Positions 44,406-58,735 are shown, counted from the first letter of the stretch. The stretch is 64,000 bases of DNA from Octopus vulgaris (GCA_951406725.2 OX597823.1:103664001-103728000), one strand, 5' to 3'. A program made the numbers and translations. Notes: generated by a model from the sequence alone, not told the origin.

Positions 44406-44668
44406 GGAGAGAAAGACAAGTGGGGTATGGATCAGAAAGAGAATAAAAATGATATAGAACGATAGAAAGAAGAATTTCGAAGTAGGTGGAATAGAGTGGC
44501 GTTGATGATAGTGGCAGAAAGAAAGGAAATTATAAAGGAAGCTAGCCAGGATGGACGCCTAGATGGGAAATGGGAATATGAAGTGAGATCGTTGAAGTGG
44601 GGACTAAGATTGATAGATAAATCAATAGATAGACCGGAAGGTTTATGAAGAGATAGCAAGTGATATAC

Positions 44669-44708
<40 letters not shown>

Positions 44709-44712
<4 letters not shown>

Positions 44713-44794
44713 AAATAAGCAACAAGGATATCCAGAGGTAATGCAGTACGATCGTACTGCCTTATTTCTGGACATCCTTGTTGCTTATTTTGAT
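44709..44794. repeat. 86-bp loopless palindrome centred on TACGA|TCGTA
   Basis: 43-bp arms with 4 mismatches. Confidence 0.92.
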
Positions 44795-45005
44795 TTTAAT
44801 CACCTTACTTTGAAATTGCATGGATAATACCCTACTAAATTCTGGTGCCTCAAATAAAGTACCATATTCAGCTGAATGTATATATATCTATATATATACG
44901 TTTATGAATTTGTCTTGCAAGATACCTGATGTGAAACCGCGTGTTGAAACACAGATTGTTGTATTTCGTGTTGGTAATTTTTTTTTGCCAAATGCACAGA
45001 TGCAC

Positions 45006-45040
<35 letters not shown>

Positions 45041-45684
45041 TTATGTATGTATGTGTTGCACGAATGGTAATTAATGAGTGAGAAACATTTTATAACTTAG
45101 CGTACAAAATCGTTATGAATGAGGCCAACGTATTTGTGTAATTAATTTACATACAGGCGCAAACATGGCTGCATGCCTAAGAATTTCGCTTCATAACCAC
45201 ATAATTTCTGGTACGACCCCAATGCTCCTCACACTCAGCAAGTGTTTTCTACAGTACCCTTCAGTTTCCCAATGCTTTGAGATTGAAACTTGGAATATAG
45301 AAACTGTGCTGCACGCACACACACACACACACACACATACACACACACACACACCCGTCATACATGCACACTACAGAACAGAGAAGTCATCTCTCACAAC
45401 ACCATTCCTGCGAAGATTTCCTGAACAAGAGGTGCTAAGTTCGAAATATTAAAACAGAAAAGTACAAACTTGCTCTGGTTTGGTTTTTAGATTAAAAAAT
45501 AAATTCAAGGCATTTATGCATATCATACAATTCTTCATGTAAAATTTGTATGTGTTGAAGTGTGTGTGTGTGTGTGACTTAGTAAATGCTTGCTTATGCA
45601 TACACACACACACACACATACACACACATATCGTCTGTACAAAAACAAATCTGAAAAAAAGAAACACTCTAAGATATAGAGCAT

Positions 45685-45920
45685 ATAAAAGTGGGTAAGG
45701 CCGGTCTAGAGGATTACCTTAGTTTTCTCGTCCTTAAAGGGTTTAGCTTTGTGGCGTATCGTCAGATTCCAAAACCTGTTGGTCCAAGATTTCCTCCTCC
45801 ATATTTTTGAAAGGTCTTGAGCCAACAGGTTTTGTGATCTGACGATACGCCATAAGGCTAAATCCTCTAAGGATGAGAAACCTAAGACAATCCCATAAAC
45901 CGGACTTTCCCATTTTTAAT
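45685..45920. repeat. ~235-bp foldback (MITE-like) element, ~110-bp arms
   Basis: ggcgtatcgtcagat / atctgacgatacgcc and aaaacctgttgg / ccaacaggtttt pair across a ~14-nt loop. Confidence 0.8.
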
Positions 45921-46174
45921 ATATATATATATATACGGTATATATGTGTGTGTACATGTTTGTATGTATGAGCTTCTGCGTCCATCCTTTTGCTTAAGTT
46001 TAGACCGCTTTACAAAATCCATTATGTTATATATACTCTTTGTCATACAGTGATTCAAAACTATTGTTTACAATAAGTACCAGTTTAAGATAAATGCAAG
46101 GACCAATTTTCTTCACTAAATCCTTGAATGCAATGCTCTGGCATGGCTGGAGGCCGATTATTCAAATGCAATAG

Positions 46175-46236
<62 letters not shown>

Positions 46237-46670
46237 TTTTCCGTATGAATGTTTGTGTTTGTGTGTAACTGTGTGTGTATATACACACATACATACACAC
46301 ATACATACAAACATACATGCATACAAACATATATACATACATATTGTATTATTTCAACCTCGCCTTGTGGTTCCCGCCCATATCCCCGTTGTCCTGGTTC
46401 CAGTACTCTGTAAACTTGAGCCGATTCTTGTAGACGCTTCCCACCTCACCCGTCCCCCATCACACACACACTCATCAAACACACACATGCGCAATCATCA
46501 AACACTAGATATTCCCACACACTTACCGCCCTTGCCTACCAAATTCAATACATAGATCGTGTTTCAACGTTTATCCTCGGCCTGATTTCTACCTTGGTAC
46601 AATTGTCTTACAGTAACTGAGATTGCACTCATATACTTCTCCCTATCTTACACACACACACACACACACG

Positions 46671-46727
<57 letters not shown>

Positions 46728-47018
46728 ACACACACACACAGAAACACACACAGACACACACGCATGCATCCACATATGCACGCATACACTAATGTATACA
46801 AACATGCAAATATATAAACATATATATATGTGTGTGTGTGTGTGCTTGTGCGTGTGTGTGTGTATGCAAACGAATATATAGATGCGGGTATATGTATATA
46901 TGCATATACATACACGCATAGACATACACTAATATATATAAATTCATACCAACGTACATATAGATATATATATATACATATATACACGTACATATATGCA
47001 GACACACACACATATACA

Positions 47019-47201
47019 TGGCTGCGGCCAGTCATCAGATTGCGGCCATGCTGAGGCACAGCCTTGAAGGATTTTAGTCGAACGAATCGACCCCATTGCA
47101 TATTTTCCTAAACCCTGGTACTTATTCTCTCTGTATCTTTTACTGAACCGCTGCTTTACGGGCACGTAAACGCAGTAACACCAGCTGTCAAACTGTGGTG
47201 G

Positions 47202-47277
<76 letters not shown>

Positions 47278-47425
47278 CACGGCGTGCTTTCCTCAGTTTT
47301 CATCAACCAGATCACCTTACGAGGCTTTGGTCGGCCCGGGGCTATAGAAGACAGAAGCCCATGGTGCCACGGAGTGGAAACGAACCTGGAACAATGTGCT
47401 TAGGAAGCAAATTTATCACACAGCC
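47019..47425 (-). mobile_element. SINE family B with internal (AC)n
   Basis: tgcggccatgctg..gaaccgctg..ggcacgtaaac..ggctttggtcggcccggggctatag. Confidence 0.75.
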
Positions 47426-47462
47426 ATACATACATACATATACCGCTGTGTTTGTGTGTGTG

Positions 47463-47507
<45 letters not shown>

Positions 47508-47511
<4 letters not shown>

Positions 47512-47810
47512 AGGCACAATGCCCCAGTGGTTAGGGCAGCGGACTTGCGGTCGTAGGATCGCGGTTTCGATTCCCAGACCGGGCGTTAGGTATGTTTATT
47601 GAGCGAAAACACCTAAAGCTCCGCGAGGCTCCGGCAGAGGGTGGTGGCGATCTCTGCTCTACTCTTTCGCTACAACTTGCTCTCACTCTTTCTTCTGTTG
47701 GCCTGCTCGCTTAGCCAGCGGGGTGGCCTCATTTGAAGGCTAAAACAATGCCAAGCGGATTGTGACCAGCGATGTGTAGCAACATCTGATAGCCTGTCGG
47801 TCACGGTGAT
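47508..47810 (+). mobile_element. SINE family C, tail type 2
   Basis: Same head as 5726. Tail ggcctgctcgcttagccagcggggtggc..ggtcacg is shared with 57728-57905. Confidence 0.85.
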
Positions 47811-50800
47811 ATATATATATATATATATATACATACATACACACTTAATGTGCCTATGTATGCGTGTGTCTGTGTATAAATAGTAGCATTGACTTTCTTA
47901 GGTCGTTCATTTTGCTTGAATTGATCAATAGACCAGTTGAAAAATCCATCAGTAATGAACCTATAATGACTACTGGAAACAGCTGTAAGTCAAATTTGCT
48001 GAAATAAATGAATTATATGTAGAGTGTGTGTGTGAGTGTGCAAGTGTGCATGTAAGTATGTTATGTGTATACTATCTACGTTGCAGCATACTCTGTATTT
48101 TCATACATAGTCGCGAGAGCGGGGTCGACAGGTTCGGTTTAAAGACCCACAGCTTCACACAAATATAATTATTATCGAACACTTATTCTATTTCACTGTT
48201 ATTCACAGATTAAGTGCTGGTGGTAGATCCATTTTCATACTCAAGAACCCCCACGCTCTAAATCTCGGCGACGCCTATGATGCATCTACGCACACATATA
48301 TAAATATATATTTACCTTAATCTAGTTACATAATTCTCTTCAGAATACGAAAGAAATTCAATGTTACTGCTTTGAAAGTAGAACTTTGTCGTGCCAAGTT
48401 CGATATCTGTAGATGTATGTTTAGTACTCTAATTTTCAGTGAGTGGCATATGGTATTGTAATAAAGGACAGGACTTCAAAAGTAACTAAATGTGTAGGGT
48501 TTGAACCAGATGACATTACTGTTATATTACTTTGTATGCCCATTAAAGCCTGTAACGGATCATAAACGAATTTGTGTGACAATGAGGGTAAACTTTATGG
48601 AGTCGCCTGACTGATAATGGCTAATATATCTTTCTCGATTTCAGGTGAATCAAGGGTATGGATTTATGCACATAATCGTATTTATACTTTTCTTATACGT
48701 AAAGTATAAGTACTATTAAACATACTTACACACACATACATACAGTTCTCTTTCTCCTGTTTGCAAAACCGAACGCACACATAAACGTACACACACACAA
48801 ACACACACACACACACACATGTATGTATGCATTTCGTTTGTATGTGTGTATGTGAACGTGTATGTTCATGTCTGTGTACGTGATAGTCTGTTTGAGTGCG
48901 TATGTGTATTGGATAAAAGTGGTTTACTTCCACGTAGGATATAAAAAAAATAGTTTTGGAGTTGAAAATACGCATGGTCTTCAAATGAATTTTAGCATTT
49001 CTTTTTTTAATTTCTAATACTATACTACACCGGTTTCACAACTTTTTGTTTGTCTTTGGTAAGTTAAGAGTAAGACGAAAATTTGAAGGAGAATGCACAA
49101 GAGAAAAATTTTATAGCGATAAAACATGTTCAAAATATTAAATGTTTTATAGGTTTCATAACAAAATTTATGCGTTCCATAAGTTTCGCAGGAACAAGAA
49201 ATAATGACAGTTCAATTGTTCGATAAATTTCATAACAATAATGCATGACAGAAATTTAAGAGCTCAATAAGTTTCCTGGCTATGAATTGTGACATGAGGA
49301 AGATTTTAAAGTGTAAGAAAAAAAAATTGGCGTGATTTGTCATGTTCATCGTTTGCTTTACTCGTTCGAATGTGGAATTATTTAAAAACAGCCATTGCCT
49401 TGCATATGTAGTTTTCAAGCCAAAAGTGCAAGTCCTGATTGAATACTTACTCCAAAACATTATTTGCTTTTGTCCGCCCCTGGCCTAGCGTTCAGGTTAG
49501 CTAACTGCTTGAGGACGTCATTTGCTTATCATCTGTTATGGCCATTTGTTACTTCCCGACAACAGCCCAGCGTTGATTGACTGTCTGTGGACGTCAGTTG
49601 CTTATGGCTGACAGCAGTTTAGCGTTCCAGTTGAGTGACTATCTTAAGACATCACTTTTTTTTTTCTGACGTTCGATGAGTTGAATGCTTAACAGCATCA
49701 CTTGTTTTCTCTTTTATTCTCAGTGTCCGATTTTAACCAAAATCATAATCCAATTCGTCAATTTAGGTTGATGCTAGCCGTGTCAAAAAAAAAAAAAACG
49801 TAATCATACCGTAATTTAGGAAGAAGCTTGTTACCTCAACTTTTGATTTACATTTTTTACTTTTGCTTAGTTGAGCCCAATATACTGTATTTCCTCATTC
49901 TATCATGTCGTTATAGAGTATTAAGCTTTTGTTTATGTTTATTAATAAGCGTATTTTCCTTATGTAATCGGAATTGAGCTAGAGTGTTCCCGATATATTA
50001 ATATAAAGACAAAATTTTTGTATTTGAGATGTTTGGTTTTGTATATAGATCTAGTATAGATCTGTTTAGTAACATGTATATTTCTTCTGGTAGTGTGGTC
50101 TCTTATCTGTTGACGGTGATTAGTCATTTTGTGCCTCAGAGTTATATCCTATTTATCTTAGGTAATCTTTATCACACCCATTGGATTTAATAGCAAATTA
50201 AATTTCTTGATGCACAAGTGAAACGTCTTTTATGGTAAATATTTTTCATGATTTAAATTCGCACACTGAAATCCCAGTGAGATTGATGCAGGTGCCACAA
50301 CTAAAGTAAGTAGTTACTCTTTTGGACTACTGAAGTTGCATTTTTGGTGCGCAGTTTGGTGCTTGTAAGTATTAAAAAAACTGGTTGTCTTTTACTTTTA
50401 ATAATTTTGTGAATTTTGAGTGCCTTTATCAGTCGGGGAGTGTTCACCAAAAATGAAACACCCCAGCAAATGATGTATGCTTCTGTAGTCCTCGAATTGT
50501 GTTAGTGAAGTAAAGTATTGAGTGTACTAGGGATGTTTCTTGCTTTTCGTAATTCTTGTGCGTCTATCGTTTTATACGTTCTATTCTGTTATTGATTAAG
50601 ATTATAAGGTATTCTTATTCAAGTCATATACTTTTAAGTTTTACAAGTTGTTCCTCTTGGGTATTGGATTTGCATAAAATTTCGCAGATTCTTCGTGCTT
50701 GGTTGTGTATATATAATTTCGCATGTTTTAAATTGCAGATAATGTTTGCGTGTCTGTTGGTTTGAAATGGATGTCAGTTTAACATTCGTATTTCTTTTTA

Positions 50801-52488
50801 TGATCAAGATGTCTAAGCAGAATAGTTACTTTTTAATTATATTCCATTGCAAATTGGATACTGAGATATATGCTATTTATTCGAGTTTTAAACTCATAGT
50901 ATTGATCCAATTTGCGCGTCCACGTGATGAAACAATCGTTCAAGTAGTGCTTTCAGCTGGTGAATAGGTATTTATGGAAGAATTTTTATCTGAAATGCTT
51001 GTATACGTGGCATACTTTTAAGTTTGCCGTAACCAGATTTACAAACGTGGGAGCTATTTTCGTGTCCAGCGTAGTCCCTGATAACTATTTTTAGATGTGA
51101 TTCAAACGGGAAAGGTTGTTTAGTAGGATAAATTAATCCTTCAATGATAAATATTTTCTTAATTCGTTCAGGTGGGTTGCTTGGAAGTTTTTCCAACCAG
51201 AATTTTATAGATTCTACTTCGTATTCACGTGGAATCGTAGTGTACTACATCATATGACACAGAGTCTTTCGTGGGTTTTAATCGGAAGATGGCGTAGAAA
51301 GTCTAAGTCAGCTCTTATGAAGCAGGATATATGTTTAAGAACGATGTTTAGGAATATATCAATAAAGTTACATAGTCTATGAGTTTCACAGATAAGCTTG
51401 CTGCAATCAGTCTTAATTTGAGATCTTTGGAACATGGTTTGTTAATACGCATTAAAGCTGATCTTCTACATACATACATACATACATACATACATACATA
51501 CATACATACATACATACATACATACATACATACATACATGCAGGCATGCGTGTTTCTTATAAGCTGCAAAATACGACCGGCTTCGAGTTTCATGGAAAAG
51601 TTTTTTTCCTATCCAATGCTTCGGTTCGGCAAGAGAGACCGAAAAAAATAAACACGATACTTTATTTGCTGGATTAAAACCATTCACGGTGTTGCTCCTG
51701 CATGGCCGCATTGCCATGACTGAAAAAAGTAACATGCTTCTCATTTGCCATAAACTTCTCAGTTTCCAACGTAGACTGTTTATGAAGTTGAATAGGCATT
51801 GTTCAATATGGAAGCTGGAAGGCCTTGTCTGCCAACATCATTGTTTTGGAGATCGTTTTAGTAGGTGTGGTTATATGTACCATACATAAAGTCATGTTCA
51901 CTGAGAACTTACTTGAATAGGCTGACCTTCTTTATCATATATCAAATAAGTAGGCCAGTAAATATAAGTCCTTCGTGAAACACTAAGTGCAAAGATTTTG
52001 AATTATGATAGGCTCCATCATAGCTGTTTCTTCCTTTGACAACCTAAAAAAAAAATTGTTGGTAATTTTATTAGTAGCTCATTCAAAGTAAGATTATTTC
52101 GTGCATTTGTGAAATTCGGTTTGCAACCACGTCCCTCTCAGTGTGCGGTTCGATCCCGCGGTGCTGCGCCTTATGCAACTAAATTCTCTCATAGAACGTT
52201 GTATGTATGTATGTATGTATGTACGTATGTATGTATGTATGTATGTATGTATGTATGTATGTATGTATGTATGTATGTATGTATGTATGTACGTACGTAT
52301 GTATGTATGTGTGTGTGTACACGCGCGTGTGTGTGTATGTGTGTATTTATGTATGTATTTGTGGATTAATCCCAAATGGAGATGAACAACGATTTTTCTG
52401 TGATAGGCTCGAGTGATTGTTGAGGCATTTCTTAACATGAACCAATGATATCCTTAATACAGATACAGACAGACACACACACACACAG

Positions 52489-52560
<72 letters not shown>

Positions 52561-53664
52561 ACACGCACGGAGTTATCACACCCCAAAATTCTTGACTGTG
52601 TTGCATAATTTAGTAGTGCTGTTGATGGCTTTCAGCTGCAATCACTTGACTATGTTTGTACTTCATGCTTTTGTAAAACGTAGCTTCTCAAGATTGGCCA
52701 AGCAATAATTATGGGTAGAAATCTAAAACTGTAGTCCGGTCGGAGTATCTAAGGATGTATCTTCAGTTTGGGATAAATGCTTTCTTTTTCATTAACGTTC
52801 AGCATTTTGTTAACATTTGCTAATCAGCATAATTTCTTTCCTCTGTTTCAGATCATTATGTTTGGTCTGGTAGTCTTGAATTTTATTTCAGTCTTCACTG
52901 GACAAAAAATTATGTATTTAGTTATTATGGAGGCAGGCAAGCATATCTGAACGTATGTATGTATGTATGTATGTATGTATGTATGTATGTATGTATGTAT
53001 GTATGTATGTATGTATGTATGTATGTATGTATGTATGTACGTACGAAATATTTATACATACACGGCACACAATTATATACACACCCGCACATATACACAA
53101 ATATATATATATATGCTTACATATATATTGACATACGTAAACGCACAAATATACTCCTCTTTGTATCATGCTAAATGTATACAGACTCTCGATAGGCAGT
53201 ATTTGTCCAGAGATAACATTTCCTATGGACTTGCTGCATTAAAAACACAATTAACCCCAAAGAGCGAGAGACAAGCATTCGTCAAAGCAGCAGCCAGCGT
53301 GAGCGTCAGATGCAATTCAACCTTTTTGTGCCTTGTCAATGGTGCATACTCGCAGTCATCCACGTGCTCGGATACGAATTTATATCCGCTGATATAGGAA
53401 AAAGTGTAAATATCGAATGATGATGTGAGGAGCCGCCTGGCTGATTAAAACCCGTTATAGGCAATTCAAATGTGGATGAATGTTTAGTCCACAGTATTTA
53501 ATTAAAATAGCCAGCTATATCATATTTAATGTACCCAGACTATCGATAAGCAAGTTACTTCGATACGTATTTCTTACGTATACATTAAATGTGTTTTATA
53601 GGTGGCTGTTTTAATTAAAATTTACCCCGACTGCGTCATAGCTGACATACATACATGCATTCAT

Positions 53665-53743
<79 letters not shown>

Positions 53744-53923
53744 TATATTTTATCTTTTGCTTGCTTACTCGTTTCAATCATTTGACTGCAGCCATGCTGG
53801 AGCACCACCTTGAAGTGTTTTAGTTAAACAAATCGATCTGGGGACTTATTTTTTCTTAAAGCCTATTGCTCTCTTTTGCCGAACCGTTAAGTAACCAACA
53901 CTAATACCAGTTATCGAGATCCC

Positions 53924-54031
<108 letters not shown>

Positions 54032-54472
54032 GGATAGTTAAAAACGCTATCGTTCGCAAAATGCACACTATAAAATGCATCAACTGAAAGATAAGCAAGA
54101 AACCGTTTTAAAATGCATCACATATTATCATAGTACCACACCCACCACTCACTGAGAAATGACTGAGAACGGCAGGAGAGCAGGGAAATAAATAACGTAA
54201 AGTACGATAAAGAAAGATAAACTGGGAGAAGGCAGACGATGGAGCAGAAGTATATACAGAAGTAAAATTTGAGTTAGAAATAGATAGAAATAGAAATAGA
54301 TAGATAGATAAATAGAGAGAGGGAGAAAGAGAAAGGGAAGAGGGTGAGATGTACTTATAAACTTGAAATTTTATAAAGATTCTCTACAAATACAAACCCA
54401 TATTTACTCTCATATACATAGAAGTGATTTTTAGTGTAATATGGTTTGTGAGTTAATATATTGAGTACATAT

Positions 54473-54526
<54 letters not shown>

Positions 54527-54548
54527 TGCCCTTCATTTTATTTCACAG

Positions 54549-54582
<34 letters not shown>

Positions 54583-54660
54583 AATATTTATTATATTTTA
54601 TCGGTTTATGAAATAGAAGAGGTTTGAATTCCGTGAAAAAAATGAGTCTAAAGTTTCTAC

Positions 54661-54821
54661 GTAGGAGTGGTTGTGTGGTAAGTAGCTTGCTTACCAACCA
54701 CATGGTTCCGGGTTCAGTCCCACTGCATGACACCTTAGGCAAGTGTCTTCTACTCTAGCCTCGGGCCGACCAAACCCTTGTCAGTGGATTTGGTAGACGG
54801 AAACTGAAAGAAGCCGTCGTA

Positions 54822-54889
<68 letters not shown>

Positions 54890-55082
54890 TGTGTCTATGT
54901 TTGTTCCCCCAAGATCGCTTGACAACCGATGCTGGTTTACGTCCCCGTAACTTAGCGGTTCGGCAAAAGAGACCGATAGAATAAGTACTAGGCTTACAAA
55001 GAATAAGTCCTGGGGTCGATTTGGTCGACTAAAGGCGCTGCTTCAGCATGGCCACAGTCACATGACTGAAACAAGTAAAAGA
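54661..55082 (+). mobile_element. Full-length CORE-like tRNA SINE family B with internal (TA)n(GT)n
   Basis: B-box-like GGTTCAGTCC followed by CORE-like caccttaggcaagtgtctt; more than 10 related copies in the window. Confidence 0.88.
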
Positions 55083-56044
55083 TTGTGTAATACAAAAATT
55101 TGTTTTGTAAATGGAAACTATGGCCGTGGCAAAATACAAAAACGGGGACGTACACACAAATACGATACATATATATACAATGTGTATGTATGCATACATA
55201 TATACATGTATAAATGCGCACGTATGTATACCTGAAATTTACTTAAATATTTACAATTACTTTTATACCAATAAATGTATTTATGTGTTTATGTGTTTAT
55301 GTAAATTTTATAAATTTTCATTTTCGTGGACTTATTCCCAACTTACACCTGAGACTTTCAAAAACAGAAAAAGTAAAAGAACTGGATCCTTGCCCGCGCA
55401 ACAAATATTTATAAAAATTGGTCATTTATGTCCATAAATAGTGAAGGAGTAAGCGGAAAGAGTTTACTTCTGATAAACGATATGGAGGTATTAAGTGTGA
55501 AATTATCCTGTTAAAAGTATTCGGCTGCATAGCGTTCCGTTTCGAGGACTGTAGATCTCATCAGGTGATGTAAAAAGTATAGAAATTCGTTTTGAAGACC
55601 AGAAGCATAAGGCATTCAGTCATTGTCAGAAACGGACCAATTTACTGAAAAATAGACGTAGTTTATCTCCAAAGGCATGAAATTATCTTCGAAGAACTTC
55701 AAAACAATTGAATTAGCTTCCGAATTTATCATGGCAGGGACAAAGAGTGACAACCATTATTATTTGAAGGTTTTCCATAATTGTAATACACTTTATACAT
55801 ATGTAGGTGATGGCCAGCCTTAACATCATCGACGTCGTCGTAGTCGTCATCATCATTATCATTATCATCATCATTTTTTGCAACTCAAGTTGATTCATTT
55901 TATTCTGTATTACATCACAATATGTATATATATATACATGTATGAATGACTGTATGACTGAAAGTCTATGCATCTATTCATGCATATATGTATATATAAA
56001 TATTTTTTGTATATATACATATATATGTATATGTACATAAATAT

Positions 56045-56074
<30 letters not shown>

Positions 56075-56082
<8 letters not shown>

Positions 56083-56423
56083 TCTTTTACTTGTTTCAGT
56101 CATGTGCTGGAGCACCGCCTTTAATCGATCAAATCGACCCCAGGACTTATTCTTTGTAAGCCTAGTACTTATTGTATCGGTCTCTTTTGCCGAACCGCTA
56201 AGTTACGGGGACGTAAACACACCAGCATCGGTTGTCAACACGCACATATATATATATATATATACGTCAGGCTTCTTTCAGTTTCCGTCTACCAAATCCA
56301 CTCACAAGGCTTTGGTCGGCTCGAGACTATAGTAGAAGACACTCAAGGTACCACGCAGTGGGACTGAACCCGGAACCATGTGGTTGGTAAGCAAGCTACT
56401 TACCACACAGCCACCCCTACGCC
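56075..56423 (-). mobile_element. Full-length SINE family B
   Basis: Reverse complement of 54661-55082. Confidence 0.88.
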
Positions 56424-56826
56424 TATATATATGCATGTGTGCATTGTGTGTATGTATGCAATATATATGTATGTGCGTGTGCGCGCTCGCGTAACTGTAT
56501 ATCTTGTGCTAGAAAAACAAGTGTTTGTGTGGGAGGAGGAGAGACAGAGAGAGGGTCAGACAGATTCCAATATCAGAAGTTATAACTTCTATCAAAAACT
56601 GGCAAGAACATAAAGCTCATGAGAATCGTTGGTGATTTTCTTCCTCCGTTTTCCCTTCTATTCGACTCTCCTCTTTTTTTGAAGAAGAGCGTCTGCTCGA
56701 AACGTTAAACCAGCTTTATTTACTTCCTTGAGCGTCTGCTTAATCCTTACATGTACCACATTCTCGCATTGTTGTTTTTTTTGTGTTTGTTATTTTTTGG
56801 ATTTACTATATGTAAATATGATTTAC

Positions 56827-56938
<112 letters not shown>

Positions 56939-57096
56939 TAGACGTGGCTGTGTGGTAAGTAGCTTGTTTACCAACCTCATGTTTCTGGGTCGAGTTCCAC
57001 TGCGTGGCACCATTGGCAATTGTCTTCTACTATAGCCTCTATCAGACCAAAACCTTGTGAGTGCATTTAGCAGACGGAAACTGAAAGAAGCCCGTC

Positions 57097-57133
<37 letters not shown>

Positions 57134-57211
57134 TAAAACGGTAAGATAACAAAAGAAAGAAAGAGACCTCAATATTATGTAAATAGAGGAAATGTATCTA
57201 TACAATAATAT

Positions 57212-57727
57212 GTTACATTACTCGTTAGTCAAGATAAAACTCTGAGTTTCAGATGCCGAAGTGGAAATCCACAACACCATCTCTTCGGTTATCTGGCTAT
57301 TTAAAAACGCTATGAAAAAATACCGTTATATAAAGGGAAATTACTGTGTTATAACTCTGCTTGCCTGCGTACCTATACATCGCTCGCATTTTTCGTCATA
57401 AAAATTATATAAAAATACATAAAAAATATATAAAAATATATAAAATCTTCTTGGGACATAACATAGAAAGCATGTTCTATTTGTTTTCTTTAGGGGACCA
57501 AAAACGTAACAGAAATTTATGTATTTTTATATAATTTTTATGACGAAAAATGCGAGCGATGTATAAGTACGCAGGCAAGCAGAGTTATAACACAGTAATT
57601 TCCCTTTATATAACGGTATTTTTTCATAGCGTATTCAAATAGCCAGATAACCGAAGAGATGGTGTTGTGGATTTCCACTTCGGCATCTGAAACTCAGAGT
57701 TTTATCTTGACTATCGAGTAATGTAAC
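57212..57727. repeat. 212-bp inverted repeat (57212-57423 / 57516-57727), ~98% identical, 92-nt spacer
   Basis: Four mismatches counted by eye. Confidence 0.95.
57639..57714 (+). ncRNA. Variant type I hammerhead ribozyme-like motif (mirror copy 57226-57300 on -)
   Basis: AGAUAA-CCGAAGA-GAUG..GUGG-AUUU-CCAC..CAUC-U-GAAA-CUCAGAG-UU-UUAUCU. All three helices can form; helix III only in a dimer. Confidence 0.65.
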
Positions 57728-57981
57728 GAGGCTCCGGCAGGGTGTGGTGATACCTGCTGTACTCTTTCACCACTCTTTCTCCCACTCTTTCTTCTGTTGG
57801 CCTGCTCGCTTAGCCAGCGGGGTGGCGTCATTCGAAGGCGAAAACAATGCGAACGCATTTTGACCAGCGATGTGTAACAACATCTGATGGTCTGGTCGGT
57901 CACGTGATCACGTGATCACATACATATATATACAGATACATACACATATATATATGTATATTTATGTATATGTATATACAT

Positions 57982-58044
<63 letters not shown>

Positions 58045-58351
58045 AATGTATGTGTGTGTGTGTAATCAGCAGAAACAGCTATAGCAACACCAGGGTCTCT
58101 AGTTCTCCTTGCCATTCCCTATTCTCTTTAAAAATTCCTTAGCAACAACAGCATGATCTACGGAAAGTATTCCAAGAAAGTAATTCTCCCAGAGTCGTTC
58201 ACATAGCCTATCGCCATCTCACCGTCACGTAGGCTGATGTGTAGCTCGTAGCTGTAGTTATTGTCGAGCAGAGCTGAAGTGTACTTGCCTGCGACCACCC
58301 AAAGGCTGCACGTACATAACGTACTGTTCTGAACTCAAAATTGGAGCATAA

Positions 58352-58704
58352 GTATGTATGTATGTATGTATGTATGTATGTATGTATGTATGTATGTATG
58401 TATGTATGTATGTATGTATGTATGTATGTATGTATTTATGTATGTATGTATGTATGTATGTATGTATGTATGTATGTATGTATGTATGTATGTTTGTATG
58501 TATGTATGTATGTTTGTATGTACGTATGTATGTTTGTATGTATGTATGTTTGTATGTATGTATGTATGTATGTATGTATGTATGTATTTATGTATGTATG
58601 TATGTATGTATGTATGTATGTATGTTTGTATGTATGTATGTTTGTATGTATGTATGTATGTATGTATGTATGTATGTATGTATGTATGTTTGTATGTATG
58701 TATG

Positions 58705-58735
<31 letters not shown>

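Noticed and set aside
46555-46590. Minus-strand CCGAGGA..GAAACACGAUC hammerhead
   Set aside because: Mutated core and no convincing helices.
49485-49710. CRISPR-like array
   Set aside because: Units are degenerate and variable in length, the context is eukaryotic, and there are no cas genes.
55530-55570. Minus-strand CUGAUGA-GAUC..CUC-GAAAC hammerhead
   Set aside because: Helix II is only 2 bp, and there is no valid helix III, NUH site or helix I.
58150-58335. Minus-strand exon GKYTSALLDNNYSYELHISLRD
   Set aside because: The donor is plausible but the acceptor lacks a pyrimidine tract, and no homology was recognised.
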